Part shown: in pieces, positions 46,281 to 59,200 of the stretch | Layout of the letters: each line of letters starts with the position of its first letter | How positions within the stretch are numbered: the stretch's first letter is position 1 | DNA from: Macrostomum hystrix | Lineage: Eukaryota > Animalia > Platyhelminthes | Length of the DNA stretch: 64,000 nt | Direction of reading: 5' to 3' | Assembly (NCBI GenBank): GCA_950097015.1 | Contig: CATNEN010000033.1 | Location: 992,001 to 1,056,000, forward strand | Position numbers and translations under genes: made by a program | The notes under the pieces: model-generated | What the model saw: the letters and a program-made list of their open reading frames with translations, nothing else | The model's database searches: none | What the model was told of the DNA's origin: nothing

Positions 46281-49200
46281 CTACGATGAGAAGTGCGTCG
46301 GGCGACAACGACGGGGCGGCAGGAAACGGCGGTCCGCCGGTTCGCCTGTCGCTAGGTGGGTCCTTGGCGGTCTGGCAAACGGGTGGTGCTCCGTAGTGGT
46401 CTCCGTCCCCGGGTCAGGTAGAGGGTGCGTTGACGGAACGGTCGAGCGGGTGGGTCGACCTCTGCGCCGGATGTCCGGCGGTGGGACGGGATCGGACGGG
46501 TCTAGGACCGCTGGCTTTAGCCGGTCCACGGAAACATGGTCCTGACGCGTGCCGAGATCGAGAAGGAAAGTCTTGGTGTAGCGCTGAAGGACTCGGAAAG
46601 GTCCGGTGTATGGTTTCTGGAACGGCGCGCGGTAGCCATCCCGGCGGATGAACACAAAGGGGCATGTAGCCAGGGCGCCCAACTCCGATGCCTGTCGGTT
46701 GCCATGTGGGACGGTCGGCTGAGGACGGAAAGCTTGAATGGCGGCGCGCAGGTTGGTGAGGAACGTGCTGTGCAGTGCTGTTGGTGGGCCAACCTGTATG
46801 CACTCGCCAGGCAAAAGCAACGGGGCGCCATACACCAACTCGGCCGACGACGAGTGAAGGTCCTCTTTGGGTGCCGTCCGGATGCCCAACAGGACCCACG
46901 GCAACTCGTCCGTCCAGTTCGGACTGGAAAGGCGTGCCATGAGTGACGCTTTGAGCTGGCGATGGAAACGCTCGACTAAACCGTTGGACTGCGGGTGAAA
47001 CGCTGTGGTGTGATGCACGTGCATGCCGAGCAGTTTGGAAACGGCGGTCCACAGTTCGGAGGTAAAATTCGGGCCCCTGTCGGTGGTGATGTCACTGGGG
47101 ACTCCGAATCGAGCGATCCAGGTAGAAATGAAAACGGATGCACAGGCGCTGGCGGACGTGTCAGTGATGGGTATCGCCTCAGGCCAGCGCGTAAAACGGT
47201 CGACCATCGTCAGCAGGTGCGTGAACCCGTGGGACTGCGGCAGGGGACCAACAAGGTCGATGTGGACGTGGGCGAAACGGCTGGTCGGTACCGGGATTAT
47301 GTCCGGCGTTGTCGTGTTATGCCGATGGACCTTGGCTTGTTGGCACGGAAGGCAACAGCGAGCCCACTGGCTCACGTCTCGGTTGAGACCGGGCCAGACG
47401 AATTTAGCTGCGATGAGGCGACGAGTGCTGCGGATGGAGGGATGGGCTAATCCGTGGACCGCATCGAAAACGGCACGACGGAAACTCACTGGCACCAACG
47501 GGCGCGGGCGCCCGGTCGACATGTCACAAAGCAATTCCAAATCAGGATGCATGGTGACGAGCTCGAGCTTGAGACTGGGAGTCGCCGTCGGCATTACCAG
47601 CTGGTGCTGCTCTTTCGCCAATGCCGCATAGTCCACTCCTGGCAACAATGTGTGCACACTTGCTACTGTGCAACGGGATAGAGCGTCTGCAACTGAGTTG
47701 TCCTTACCGGCGACGTGTCGAATGTCCGTGCTGAACTCCGACACTGACGCTAGATGCCGCTGTTGTCGTGCGGACCAAGGATCCGATAACTTGGACATCG
47801 CGGATGTCAGCGGCTTGTGATCCGTGTAGATTGTGAAAACGCGTCCTTCGAGGAAATAACGGAAATGCCGTGTGGCCAAATATAGCGCCAGTAACTCCCG
47901 GTCGAACGCACTGTATTTCTGTTCCGCGGGACGCAATTGTCGGCTGAAAAAGGCGAGTGGTTGCCACCCGCCAGCAATTCGCTGTTCCAAGACCGCGCCA
48001 ACGGCCGTGTCCGAGGCGTCGACGGTCAGGGCCGTCTGCGCAGTGGGCCTAGGGTGTGCCAGTAAAGTGGACTGAGCTAGGGCCTGTTTGGTGGCGGTGA
48101 AAGCATCGAGTAGACTGGGCGTCCACTGCACAAGTCGGCTCTTACTGGCAATGGCGGCGTAAATGGGGCGTAGCAACTGGGCGGCATGTGGAACAAATCG
48201 GTGGTAGAAGTTCACCATACCGGCGAATTCTTGCAAGCCTTTGATTGTGGTCGGAGGTGCAAACTTGACGACCGCATCGACCTTGTCTGGCAGAGGCCAG
48301 GCGCCGCTTTGATTGATTCTGTGGCCCAAGAAATCGATCTCGGTACGTCCGAACTGGCATTTGGCCGGATTCAACAGCAGACCGTTGTCGACTAGGCGGC
48401 GGAACAAGGTGCGTAGGTGCTCCACGTGCTGCGTTTGGTCGCTGCTGGCCACTAGGAAATCGTCCAAGTAGGCGAAAACGAAAGGCAAATCCTGGCTGAT
48501 AGAGTCCACGAGTCGCTGGAATGTCTGTGCAGCGTTCTTGAGTCCGAAAGGCATGCGGAGGAACTCAAAGAGTCCAAACGGTGTGATGATGGCCGTTTTA
48601 GGGATGTCAATTTCCGCCACTGGTATCTGGTGGTAGCCTCGGACCAGGTCAATCTTTGAGAAAATGGTACTGCCGGCCAGGTGCGCGGAAAAATCCTGAA
48701 TGTTCGGTACCGGGTAACGATCGGGTACAGTGGCGCCATTGAGCCGTCGGAAATCGCCGCAGGGACGCCAGCCTCCAGACGACTTCGGCACCATGTGGAG
48801 CGGTGATGACCAGGGGCTGTCGGACCGACGAATGATGCCGAGCTGTTCCAGGGTACGGAATTCCGCTTTAGCTATGGCCAACTTGTCGGGTGCTAGGCAG
48901 CGTGCGCGGGCATGGGTTTGGGGGCCTTGCGTCTGAATGAAATGTTCGACGCCGTGGCGTGGTTGTGCCCGTTGAAAACTCGGCTCCGTGAGCGACGGAA
49001 ACTCCGCCAACAACGTACTGTACGGGTCGCGGGCGACGGCGGCCGCCAGCCGAGGTGCTGTGCCGCAACCGAGGAGCAGATGTGTGCTGGCCAGTGAGTG
49101 GGAGTCCAGCAGGCGGCGGTTAGGTAAGTCGACCAACAGTCCGTGGTGTAACAGGAAATCAGCGCCGATGAGGGGGCGCGACACTTCGGCAAGAATGAAA

Positions 49201-49460
49201 GGCCAGGTGCAGGTTCGAACGCCTAGGTCGAGAGTGATGGTGCGACTGCCAAATGTACGGATCGGGCTGCCGTTGGCGGCGAGGAGCGGTGGTCCAGGGG
49301 TGATTGTACGCGCATCGACCCCGGCTGCAGGAAAAAGACTCACTTCTGCACCGGTATCCACTAGAAAACGCCGACCTGTGTGTATGTCCGGGATAAGCAA
49401 AAGATTGTTGTTCTCGCCGGTCGTCGAGGTGTTTATTGACGACCGGCCTGGCCGTTTCCC
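46281..49460 (-). CDS. pol: Pol polyprotein (protease, RT, RNase H, integrase), entered by -1 frameshift
   Basis: [51 protein letters not shown] and SNGLVERFH; uninterrupted ORF. Confidence 0.97.
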   Translation of the reverse strand, partial: GKRPGRSSINTSTTGENNNLLLIPDIHTGRRFLVDTGAEVSLFPAAGVDARTITPGPPLLAANGSPIRTFGSRTITLDLGVRTCTWPFILAEVSRPLIGADFLLHHGLLVDLPNRRLLDSHSLASTHLLLGCGTAPRLAAAVARDPYSTLLAEFPSLTEPSFQRAQPRHGVEHFIQTQGPQTHARARCLAPDKLAIAKAEFRTLEQLGIIRRSDSPWSSPLHMVPKSSGGWRPCGDFRRLNGATVPDRYPVPNIQDFSAHLAGSTIFSKIDLVRGYHQIPVAEIDIPKTAIITPFGLFEFLRMPFGLKNAAQTFQRLVDSISQDLPFVFAYLDDFLVASSDQTQHVEHLRTLFRRLVDNGLLLNPAKCQFGRTEIDFLGHRINQSGAWPLPDKVDAVVKFAPPTTIKGLQEFAGMVNFYHRFVPHAAQLLRPIYAAIASKSRLVQWTPSLLDAFTATKQALAQSTLLAHPRPTAQTALTVDASDTAVGAVLEQRIAGGWQPLAFFSRQLRPAEQKYSAFDRELLALYLATRHFRYFLEGRVFTIYTDHKPLTSAMSKLSDPWSARQQRHLASVSEFSTDIRHVAGKDNSVADALSRCTVASVHTLLPGVDYAALAKEQHQLVMPTATPSLKLELVTMHPDLELLCDMSTGRPRPLVPVSFRRAVFDAVHGLAHPSIRSTRRLIAAKFVWPGLNRDVSQWARCCLPCQQAKVHRHNTTTPDIIPVPTSRFAHVHIDLVGPLPQSHGFTHLLTMVDRFTRWPEAIPITDTSASACASVFISTWIARFGVPSDITTDRGPNFTSELWTAVSKLLGMHVHHTTAFHPQSNGLVERFHRQLKASLMARLSSPNWTDELPWVLLGIRTAPKEDLHSSSAELVYGAPLLLPGECIQVGPPTALHSTFLTNLRAAIQAFRPQPTVPHGNRQASELGALATCPFVFIRRDGYRAPFQKPYTGPFRVLQRYTKTFLLDLGTRQDHVSVDRLKPAVLDPSDPVPPPDIRRRGRPTRSTVPSTHPLPDPGTETTTEHHPFARPPRTHLATGEPADRRFLPPRRCRPTHFSS
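49416..49460 (-). promoter_or_regulatory. -1 programmed ribosomal frameshift signal
   Basis: Slippery G GGA AAC (49460-49454) in the gag frame, a 6-nt spacer, then a perfect 10-bp stem GCCGGTCGTC / GACGACCGGC with a 12-nt loop. Confidence 0.85.
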
Positions 49461-50128
49461 TGGAACTTGCAGGGTGGCTCGCAACGGCGGGCCTTGGCAC
49501 CGAACTTGCGATGGAAGAAACACAAGTCGTGTTGCTCGTCAGAGGGTGGATGTCGGATGGGTCGACGTCTGTCGTTGCGGCGGTGATGCGCAGCAGCGAC
49601 TAAGGGCAGTTGTTCAGCCAGCTGGGCGGTGGCGATCACCGGCTGGGGGCGGCAGGCCCACAGCTCGTCGGCACGTTGTGCGACCGCCCTTGGATCGGCA
49701 AAATCGGCGGACACCAGCGCCAATCGGATGTCGCTTGGAAACTGTTGGCGGAACAACTCCTCAAACAGCAAGCAGGGCCGGTGGTCGCCGAGCAAAGCGA
49801 GCATTTCGTCCATGAGCTGGGACGGTTTCCTATCGCCCAACCCCGACACGCTCAATAACTGGCTGGCACGCTGCTGTCGTGAAAGGCTGTAGGTGTTGAG
49901 AAGGCGGGCCTTTAGCTTTTCGTATTTCTGGGCATCGGGGGCGTTCTCGAGCACATCTAGGAGACGCTCTGCTGTTTGCTGGTCCAATGCCGCCACTAGA
50001 TGGCAGTACTTAGTCGTATCTAGGGTGACGTTCTGGAGGCTAAACTGCGCCTCGGCTTGGATGAACCAGGCGCGTGGTTGTGAAGTCCAAAACGCTGGAA
50101 GCTTCACGGTGACAGCAGATTCGGTCAT
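49433..50128 (-). CDS. gag: Gag
   Basis: [22 protein letters not shown] and a CHCC knuckle [18 protein letters not shown]. Confidence 0.93.
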   Translation of the reverse strand: MTESAVTVKLPAFWTSQPRAWFIQAEAQFSLQNVTLDTTKYCHLVAALDQQTAERLLDVLENAPDAQKYEKLKARLLNTYSLSRQQRASQLLSVSGLGDRKPSQLMDEMLALLGDHRPCLLFEELFRQQFPSDIRLALVSADFADPRAVAQRADELWACRPQPVIATAQLAEQLPLVAAAHHRRNDRRRPIRHPPSDEQHDLCFFHRKFGAKARRCEPPCKFQGNGQAGRQ

Positions 50129-50148
50129 CCTCAAGCAGTCGGTTGAGG

Positions 50149-50163
50149 ACGTCGGGCTCACCA
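50149..50163 (-). promoter_or_regulatory. Primer-binding site, tRNA-Trp
   Basis: TGGTGAGCCCGACGT vs the complement of the tRNA-Trp 3' end TGGTGACCCCGACGT (1 mismatch), 1 nt from the 5' LTR. Confidence 0.85.
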
Positions 50164-50164
50164 A

Positions 50165-50391
50165 TGTAGAGGATCAGAACTCTAGCATATATTTGTGGGT
50201 AGCTCTCTAGCTTGCGAGCAGAAAGTTAAACAACAAAACTCGCGCGACAAGTGCCTTCATCTAAGTCGCAACTGTGCGTCAGACTAAGGACCATAGACGA
50301 TAACTAAGTCAACAAGGGTTTGGGGGAAACAATGGCGATCAAGTGGCCTGGCAAAGTACTGGCCAAAATCTTCGCTTTTAGGTCCGCTACA
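50165..50391 (-). repeat. 5' LTR
   Basis: Near-identical to 46033-46259. Confidence 0.97.
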
Positions 50392-53300
50392 GGTTACTAT
50401 ATATAAAATGCTACCAATTCAGACTTAAATACGCTACCATTAAGAGTTAAAAAGCTTCATATTGCATTAAATTATAAGAAAGGTTAATAGGCCTAACCAC
50501 TTTGATAACAGCAATTGGATATTAAATATTGTGTAACAATCCTATAACAATTTTGATAATAACAGTGGAACAGTAAAGATAGTATAAAGAAGTTCTAGGA
50601 CAACTTTGGTGACAGCAGTAGGATAAATTTAGCCCTTCAACATTAGCTTTACAACTAATTAACAATCAAAAACTAAAAAACGAATCTAGCTTTAACTTTA
50701 AATATGAAGTCCTGATAATATAAGAAATATGTATTGATATTTCGATATTTGACAGAGTTTGATTTCTTTAAATACAACTGAAAAATAGCCGCTTCAATTG
50801 TGTACAATCTACTAAGACTAGGCCTAGGACTCTACATACAACGAAACGCATAGACTAACTAAATTAAAAGCCAGTGCGCTATCTTTAGTTCATGCTCAAA
50901 TCGTTTCAGTAGTAGTATTAGCGCAGGCAAGATATCTGTGTAGGGCCTAGCTAATATTTTCAGATATTTTAAATAAGCTAAGCGGCAGATAGGCTAGCCA
51001 GGCCCATGCTACTATGCGCGGGCCAGAAAAAAACACAAAACTTAAAAAGGCGCTCTAGGTTTCGCACATAAGTAAACAATTACTAGGCCTACCTCACTTG
51101 CTTAGTAATTATGAACGCAGAATTACACAAAATATTCTACTAAAATTTCTAAAAAGTAAATAAAAATGAAAGAAATGACAGGGAACTAAAATCGTACTCT
51201 CGGCAAGTCTCCTGGCAGGTCAAGGTGCCAATTGAAGCCAATTTTTTTCTTTCTGATGTATTAAGTCAATCAATATTTGAAATATTTTCATGTTAATTGT
51301 TAAATGTTGAAAGTAGCAAACTAAATAGCTTATGTTATGTCGTGCTTGCTTAGCTAGATTATTACTCTTTTCCTGGTATCAGATTCCTAAACTTCCTAGG
51401 CCTAAATGGATACTGATGCTTGAAACTCATATTCATAACTTGTAATTTAGTTTTTTACTTTGGCCTCATTGTCATTTTCAATATGCTAAAATTTAATATT
51501 CTAATTACAATTGGCATTGGTAGATTGCTATTTAGGCTTTAGAAGTTTATTACAATAGGGCCTCCCTATTGTAGGGAGCATTTTCCAAAGCTCCCTACAA
51601 TAGGCCCTAGGGAGTTTTAGAAATTTACAACAAATGGTCAGGCCTTATTAATATTACATTATGTCAAGTTAAACAAAGTTTGTTTATTAAAATACAAATT
51701 GTTAAGTGCAAAGGTAATTTCTTTTCTTAAGGCCTATATTTTTCTGTATGATTATATTGAATGCTTAGCAATAGGCTACAAATCATTATAATTTAGGTCA
51801 ACTAACACAGTACCTGGACACTTCGTCATCTTACAACTTTGTCATCCAGATGACAATCTGTCCAATATCTCAGAGGGTGGATGACGAAGTGACTTAGACT
51901 TGTGGACACTTCGTCATCTATAAAATAAAAGTTTTCAAAGTTAGAGCCTGCTGCAGCCCCCGCCGAGCCTGCTGCAGCCCAGCCCGCCAAGCCTGCTGCA
52001 GCCCAGCTACCAGCAGTGCAGCAACCAGTGGAGCCAGATGTATATCAGATCCGGGCTGAACTGTACACTGCTAATGTGGGTCAATTCCAGGAGCCACAAA
52101 GACTTCAAGAGAGCAAACTCAAGTGGCCGAGACCAGTGCCTCAGCAGTTTCCTGTGGGTCTCCAGGAGGAGACAGTTTACTTCCGTATTGCCAGTGGAAC
52201 GAATGAAGGGAAAGATGCAGTGGTGCATCATTCAGACTGGGGGGATTTTGTGATGGGATTTAACTAGGCCTATGAAAAAATGGCAAGCGTAATTACCATT
52301 GCACTGGCCGTAATTCCAGGTTCAAATGCTGCACCATAGCCATTGAACACCAGGGCCAATTTTGCAGTGGGCAATCGGCGCACACCTGCGAGCCACACAT
52401 TCATGAGGGCGTGAAGAGGAAGATGCTGGTGGAGCTGAAGACAGAGGCAAAAAATTAATTTTGTGAACCTAGCTATCTATAAAAGTATATCCAGTCATTA
52501 AATTTTAAACAAATACTATATTATGCAGCTTCAAACTTTCATTTGACATTTATAAAATGTTTAGCTTTTATTGCATTGTAAAAATATAGCAAGTTATATC
52601 ATTTGTCTTCATAGACTCAGGGAGCTATTGTGTAAATTTTTAAAACTAGTTAGGCCTAGTGACTTACTAGTCAGCTAGCGAATGACATGTTTGGACATGG
52701 ACATACATTTTTGTATTATAAGTAGTAAGCTATAGAAATAGCAAATCACTTAAAATTATGTTTATATCTTCCTTAATAGTATTAAATGTTTTTTTAAATG
52801 TTATCTTATTTTTGAAGAGCACCTAGCAAGTGAATCTAAAAAAGGAAGCAAAAATAGTCTTAGTTTTAGCTAATACTACTACTAATTTTTGTAGTTCTTA
52901 GCAAACTTTTTGTTCAAAAAATAGTAAAAAAACTATATTACAACCACAAAGTTATTCTTTATTTGTACTAGTTTGTGAGTATGTACTTTAAGGAAATTAC
53001 ATTTACTAGCTATCCATTAAGCTGCTCTAAACTTATGTGGTGACAATGTCTAGTATGAAATATTATTATATATTGTAAGTCATTTAGCTGTTGCTAGAAA
53101 AATATGTCATGATATTGGGTTGGTTATTGCTTAGCAAGGCAGTAGTTCCTACTTTTTTGCAATACTGGGAATTAAGTAGTTACTGATGGACATTTTAAAT
53201 AGTTATATGGAAATTTCTCTCTCAAGTTAATAGTATCTTGTTGACTTTCAAAACAAATGCACTCATTAGTCTTTGCTGTTAGAGCCCATGATTGTATAGA

Positions 53301-53716
53301 AGTAAGACTGACAGCATATTTACACCTAAAGGCATTATTGTCAAAGCATCAACATTTTTACAACAGTGTAGAGCTTATACTTAGTGTAATATATCAGGGT
53401 AGTTATGTAAGCTATAGATATAGGAACATACTTGCATAGCTATATTTTAACCTAGCCCTAGGTTTTGCTCTCAATAGCTTCATACACTGGATACTCCCAT
53501 GATTGTAGGATTTAGCCATAGCTATTATGTGGCAGTGTACAGTAATTAATTTTTTCCTATTATTATTGTGATCCAGCTATTTTATCAGTAAACATAATTT
53601 TTACTTCATCTTAGACCAACAAACAAATAAAACATAAATGAAATACAACCAATAGACCTTAAGATAAAGTAAATTCACAAGAAAATTCTCACACCTAATT
53701 TTATTTACATTTCCAG

Positions 53717-55680
53717 AACCGACTTCGGCGAGAGCAGCGCGAGCTCGTACAGCGATTCGTGCAATGCACGGAGGCGCAGGAGCCGGTAGCTCTGATTTGT
53801 CTAAGCCAGAATGCCTGGCGGCTAGAGGCTGCTGTTGACGATTATTATAGCAGTCCAGCTAAGTATGACAACCGGCCAGCGGTGGACTCCAGAAAGGTGG
53901 CCTCACTTTTTAATACTTATCGATCTCTGGTGAGTGACACAGATTTGAATAGCTTGATTCATGATTTCGTATGTTATTCGCCATTTCTACCAGATCCTCA
54001 TCATCATTTGTAAAAGACTAGCAGAAGAAGACATTGGGAGAAGACTAGCAGAAGAAGACATTGGGAGAAGACTAGGAGAAGAAGACATTGGGAGGACTAG
54101 GAGAGAAGACATTGGGAGAATACTAGGAGAAGAAGACATTGGGAGAAGACTAGGAGAAGAAGGCATTGGGAGAAGACTAGAAGAAGAAGACATTGGGAGA
54201 AGACTAGGAGAAGAAGACATTGGGAGAAGACTAGGAGAAGAAGACATTGGGAGAAGACTAGGAGAAGAAGACACCCAGATCATCATCCTCATGTGTTGCG
54301 CCGCCATTTCCCCCAGATCCTCATCCTCATGTGTTAATTCACCATTTCTCCCTGATCCTCAGCATTGCGAATTACGAGTAGTTTTACCTCTGCTTGTCTG
54401 TTTAGGACGATCCCGATCGAATCGCAGCCACCGGCGTTTGTCGCCTCCTTGAGGACCTGCGCATCGACCCGGTGTCCCTGACCACCCTGGTGCTGGCCTG
54501 GAAGCTGCAAGCCAGCGTTCAGGGAGAGTTCACGCGCGCTGAATTCGTCACCGGCCTCGGTCGACTCGGAGCCGACAGCCTCGACAAGCTGCGATCCCGA
54601 CTGGCTCAGACAGAGCGGGCGCTGGTCCAGGATGTCAGCCAGCTCCGAGACCTGCACGCCTTCACCTTCGACTTCGCCAGGGAGTCGCGCGACTCTAAAG
54701 TCTTGCGTGAGCTTGTGGGATCGGACTCCGAATCTAGGGATCCCCCTGATCCCGATTCTAGGGATCCCCCTGATCCCGATTCTAGGGATCCCCCTGATCC
54801 CGATTCTAGGGATCCCCCTGATCCCGATTCTAGGGATCCCCCTGATCCCGATTCTAGGGATCCCCCTGATCCCGATTCTAGGGATCCCCCTGATCCCGAT
54901 TCTAGGGATCCCTCTGATCCCGATTCTAGGGATCCCCCTGATCCCGATTCTAGGGATCCCCTGATCCTGATTCTAGGGATCCCCCTGATCCCGATTCTAG
55001 GGATCCCCTGATCCCGATTCTAGGGATCCCCCTGATCCCGATTCTAGGGATCCCCTGATCCCGATTCTAGAGATCTCTCTGATCCCGATTCTAGGGAAAC
55101 ACCAGATTCCCATTCTATGGAAACCCCAGATTCCCATTCTAGGGAAACCCCAGATTCCCTTTCTAGGGAAACCCCAGATTCCCTTTCTAGGGAAACCCCA
55201 GATTCCCATTCTAGGGAAACCCCAGATTCCCATTCTAGGGAAACCCCAGATTCCCATTCTAGGGATGGTTCCTTGGATCTATTCTTGGGTGTCAAGAACT
55301 GGATACTCTTTGATATTCCAATTACTTCTCAGTTTCTCGTTTTTCCCTTCGCTTTTGTCCACAGCCATCGAAACGGCCATCCCCTACTGGAAGCTGCTGC
55401 TTGAAGGCGGGCCCTTCAGCCACATGCTTGAGCCCTGGTTTCGCTTCCTGAAGGAGGCCAAAGTGCGCGGAGTGTCCCGCGACACCTGGAACCTGTTCTT
55501 CGACTTCATCAGCAATCCGGACAATCTGGCCGACTATGATCCCAATGGTAATGCCATTATTTAGACATGTCGTTGCCGTCCTAGCATTGCTCATATTGCC
55601 AACTGCTCTCGATTCCAGGCGCCTGGCCGTCACTAATAGACGACTTTGTGGACTTCCTGAAGCCGAAGCTCATTGAGTAG
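53717..55680 (+). CDS. DCUN1D1: DCN1-like cullin neddylation factor (DCUN1D1/2 type); exons 53717-53929, 54406-54706, 55365-55547, 55619-55680; initiator ATG not adjacent
   Basis: UBA-like NRLRREQRELVQRFVQCT..CLSQNAWRLEAAVDDYY, LVLAWKLQA..GEFTRAEF, AIPYWKLLL, RDTWNLFFDF and YDPNGAWPSLIDDFV; phases consistent. Confidence 0.92.
54015..54272. repeat. 24-bp purine-rich repeat AGAAGAAGACATTGGGAGAAGACT in a DCN1 intron
   Basis: About 11 copies, flanked by a repeated CGCCATTTC..AGATCCTCATC motif. Confidence 0.92.
54730..55265. repeat. 24-bp repeat TCTAGGGATCCCCCTGATCCCGAT grading into TCTAGGGAAACCCCAGATTCCCAT in a DCN1 intron
   Basis: Two related unit types in adjacent blocks. Confidence 0.95.
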
Positions 55681-56289
55681 GGCGCGACTTGGACAGTTCT
55701 TGAACTATTCTAATCTGTCTGCATTGTGAACGCTCTCTCATTGTTTCTATGCTTGTCTCAGTCATATTTAGTTGTCAATTTCTTGCATGAAAATGTGTCG
55801 CTAAACTGCAAATGTTAGGTAGAACAGGTTATCATAGCATATAATGCACTAATTATCTATAAATACCGACCATTTTTCAAGGCTGTGCCGGGATCGGGCA
55901 TGTTAGTCCGAGCATCTCAAGCTGCTCTAATCCTGAGTGCCGCTTTCAATTCGCTAGCTTTCCTTATCGAGTTTGTTATTTGCTCTGTTCTGTGCAATAG
56001 CTAGGCCAGCGTCCTGCGTGCTTGTGAACTGTTTTTATTGGTTTTAGTTAAGCTAGCAGTTGTAAGAGAAGCAACAATAAAGGATGTGCAAAAGTGCACA
56101 CTATGCATGGGAGAGCCCGTTTTTAATTGTTTGTTGCTGCTTGCTGTTAAGAATATAATGCGTTTTAAAACAAAATGAACTGTCTGTATGGCAACTCGTT
56201 CATGCCTCTTGTTTTTTAGAACTTTACAAACAATCCAAGGATTCTCAACAATAAACATTTACAAATGTAATATTCTGAGAATTTAGCTT

Positions 56290-59200
56290 GTCAAAATGAT
56301 AAACCACACAGATTTTGATTCTCAAAATGATAGACGACACAGATTTAGATTCTCAAAATGATAGACCACACAGATTTAGATTCTCATAATGATAGACCAC
56401 ACAGATTTAGATTCTCATAATGATAGACCACACAGATTTAGATTCTCAAAATGATAGACCACACAGATTTAGATTCTCATAATGATAGACCACACAGATT
56501 TAGATTCTCAAAATGATAGACCACACAGATTTAGATTCTCAAAATGATAGACCACGCAGATTTTGATTCTCATAATGATAGACCACACAGATTTAGATTC
56601 TCAAAATGATAGACCACACAGATTTAGATTCTCATAATGATAGACCACACAGATTTAGATTCTCAAAATGATAGACCACACAGATTTAGATTCTCATAAT
56701 GATAGACCACACAGATTTAGATTCTCAAAATGATAGACCACACAGATTTAGATTCTCATAATGATAGACCACACAGATTTAGATTCTCAAAATGATAGAC
56801 CACACAGATTTAGATTCTCAACATGATAGACCACACAGATTTAGATTCTCAAAATGATAGACCACACAGATTTAGATTCTCATAATGATAGACCACACAG
56901 ATTTAGATTCTCAAAATGATAGACCACACAGATTTAGATTCTCATAATGATAGACCACACAGATTTAGATTCTCAAAATGATAGACCACACAGATTTAGA
57001 TTCTCAAAATGATAGACCACGCAGATTTTGATTCTCAAAATGATAGACCACACAGATTTAGATTCTCAAAATGATAGACCACGCAGATTTTGATTCTCAA
57101 AATGATAGACCACACAGATTTAGATTCTCAAAATGATAGACCACGCATATTTTGATTCTCAAAATGATAGACCACACAGATTTAGATTCTCAAAATGATA
57201 GACCACGCAGATTTTGATTCTCAAAATGATAAACCACGCAGATTTAGATTCTCAAAATGATAGACCACGCAGATTTTGATTCTCAAAATGATAGACCACA
57301 CAGATTTAGATTCTCAAAATGATAGACCACGCAGATTTTGATTCTCAAAATGATAGACCACACAGATTTAGATTCTCAAAATGATAGACCACGCAGATTT
57401 TGATTCTCAAAATGATAAACCACGCAGATTTAGATTCTCAAAATGATAAACCACACAGATTTAGATTCTCAAAATGATAGACCACGCAGATTTTGATTCT
57501 CAAAATGATAAACCACGCAGATTTAGATTCTCAAAATGATAAACCACACAGATTTAGATTCTCATAATGATAAACCACACAGATTTAGATTCTCAAAATG
57601 ATAGACCACGCAGATTTTGATTCTCAAAATGATAGACCACACAGATTTAGATTCTCAAAATGATAGACCACGCAGATTTTGATTCTCAAAATGATAAACC
57701 ACGCAGATTTAGATTCTCAAAATGATAAACCACACAGATTTAGATTCTCATAATGATAGACCACACAGATTTAGATTCTCAAAATGATAGACCACGCAGA
57801 TTTTGATTCTCAAAATGATAAACCACGCAGATTTAGATTCTCAAAATGATAAACCACACAGATTTAGATTCTCAAAATGATAGACCACGCAGATTTTGAT
57901 TCTCAAAATGATAGACCACACAGATTTAGATTCTCAAAATGATAGACCACGCAGATTTTGATTCTCAAAATGATAAACCACGCAGATTTAGATTCTCAAA
58001 ATGATAAACCACACAGATTTAGATTCTCAAAATGATAGACCACGCAGATTTTAATTCTCAAAATGATAGACCACACAGATTTAGATTCTCAAAATGATAG
58101 ACCACGCAGATTTTGATTCTCAAAATGATAAACCACGCAGATTTAGATTCTCAAAATGATAAACCACACAGATTTAGATTCTCATAATGATAAACCACAC
58201 AGATTTAGATTCTCAAAATGATAGACCACGCAGATTTTGATTCTCAAAATGATAGACCACACAGATTTAGATTCTCAAAATGATAGACCACGCAGATTTT
58301 GATTCTCAAAATGATAAACCACGCAGATTTAGATTCTCAAAATGATAAACCACACAGATTTAGATTCTCATAATGATAGACCACACAGATTTAGATTCTC
58401 AAAATGATAGACCACGCAGATTTTGATTCTCAAAATGATAAACCACGCAGATTTAGATTCTCAAAATGATAAACCACACAGATTTAGATTCTCAAAATGA
58501 TAGACCACGCAGATTTTGATTCTCAAAATGATAGACCACGCAGATTTTGATTCTCAAAATGATAGACCACACAGATTTAGATTCTCAAAATGATAGACCA
58601 CGCAGATTTTGATTCTCAAAATGATAAACCACGCAGATTTAGATTCTCAAAATGATAAACCACACAGATTTAGATTCTCAAAATGATAGACCACGCAGAT
58701 TTTGATTCTCAAAATGATAGACCACACAGATTTAGATTCTCAAAATGATAGACCACGCAGATTTTGATTCTCAAAATGATAAACCACGCAGATTTAGATT
58801 CTCAAAATGATAGACCACACAGATTTAGATTCTCATAATGATAGACCACACAGATTTAGATTCTCAAAATGATAGACCACACAGATTTAGATTCTCATAA
58901 TGATAGACCACACAGATTTAGATTCTCAAAATAATAAACCACAGATTTAGATTCTCAAAATGATAGACCACACAGATTTAGATTCTCAAAATGATAGACC
59001 ACACAGATTTAGATTCTCATAATGATAGACCACACATATTTTGATTCTCAAAATAATAAACCACAGGTTTAGATTCTCAAAATGATAGACCACACAGATT
59101 TAGATTCTCATAATGATAGACCACACAGATTTAGATTCTCAAAATAATAAACCACAGATTTAGATTCTCAAAATGATAGACCACACAGATTTAGATTCTC

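Larger units (their letters stand above)
46033..50391 (-). mobile_element. Full-length Ty3/gypsy LTR retrotransposon, CsRn1/Boudicca/Kabuki-like
   Basis: 227-bp LTRs at 46033-46259 and 50165-50391 (TG..CA, 2 mismatches), 4-bp TSD GGTT, tRNA-Trp-like PBS, PPT, and open gag and pol. Confidence 0.97.

Noticed and set aside
53961-55295. EEDIGRRLG and DPPDPDSR repeat ORFs
   Set aside because: They are intronic arrays; DCN1 splices around them in phase.
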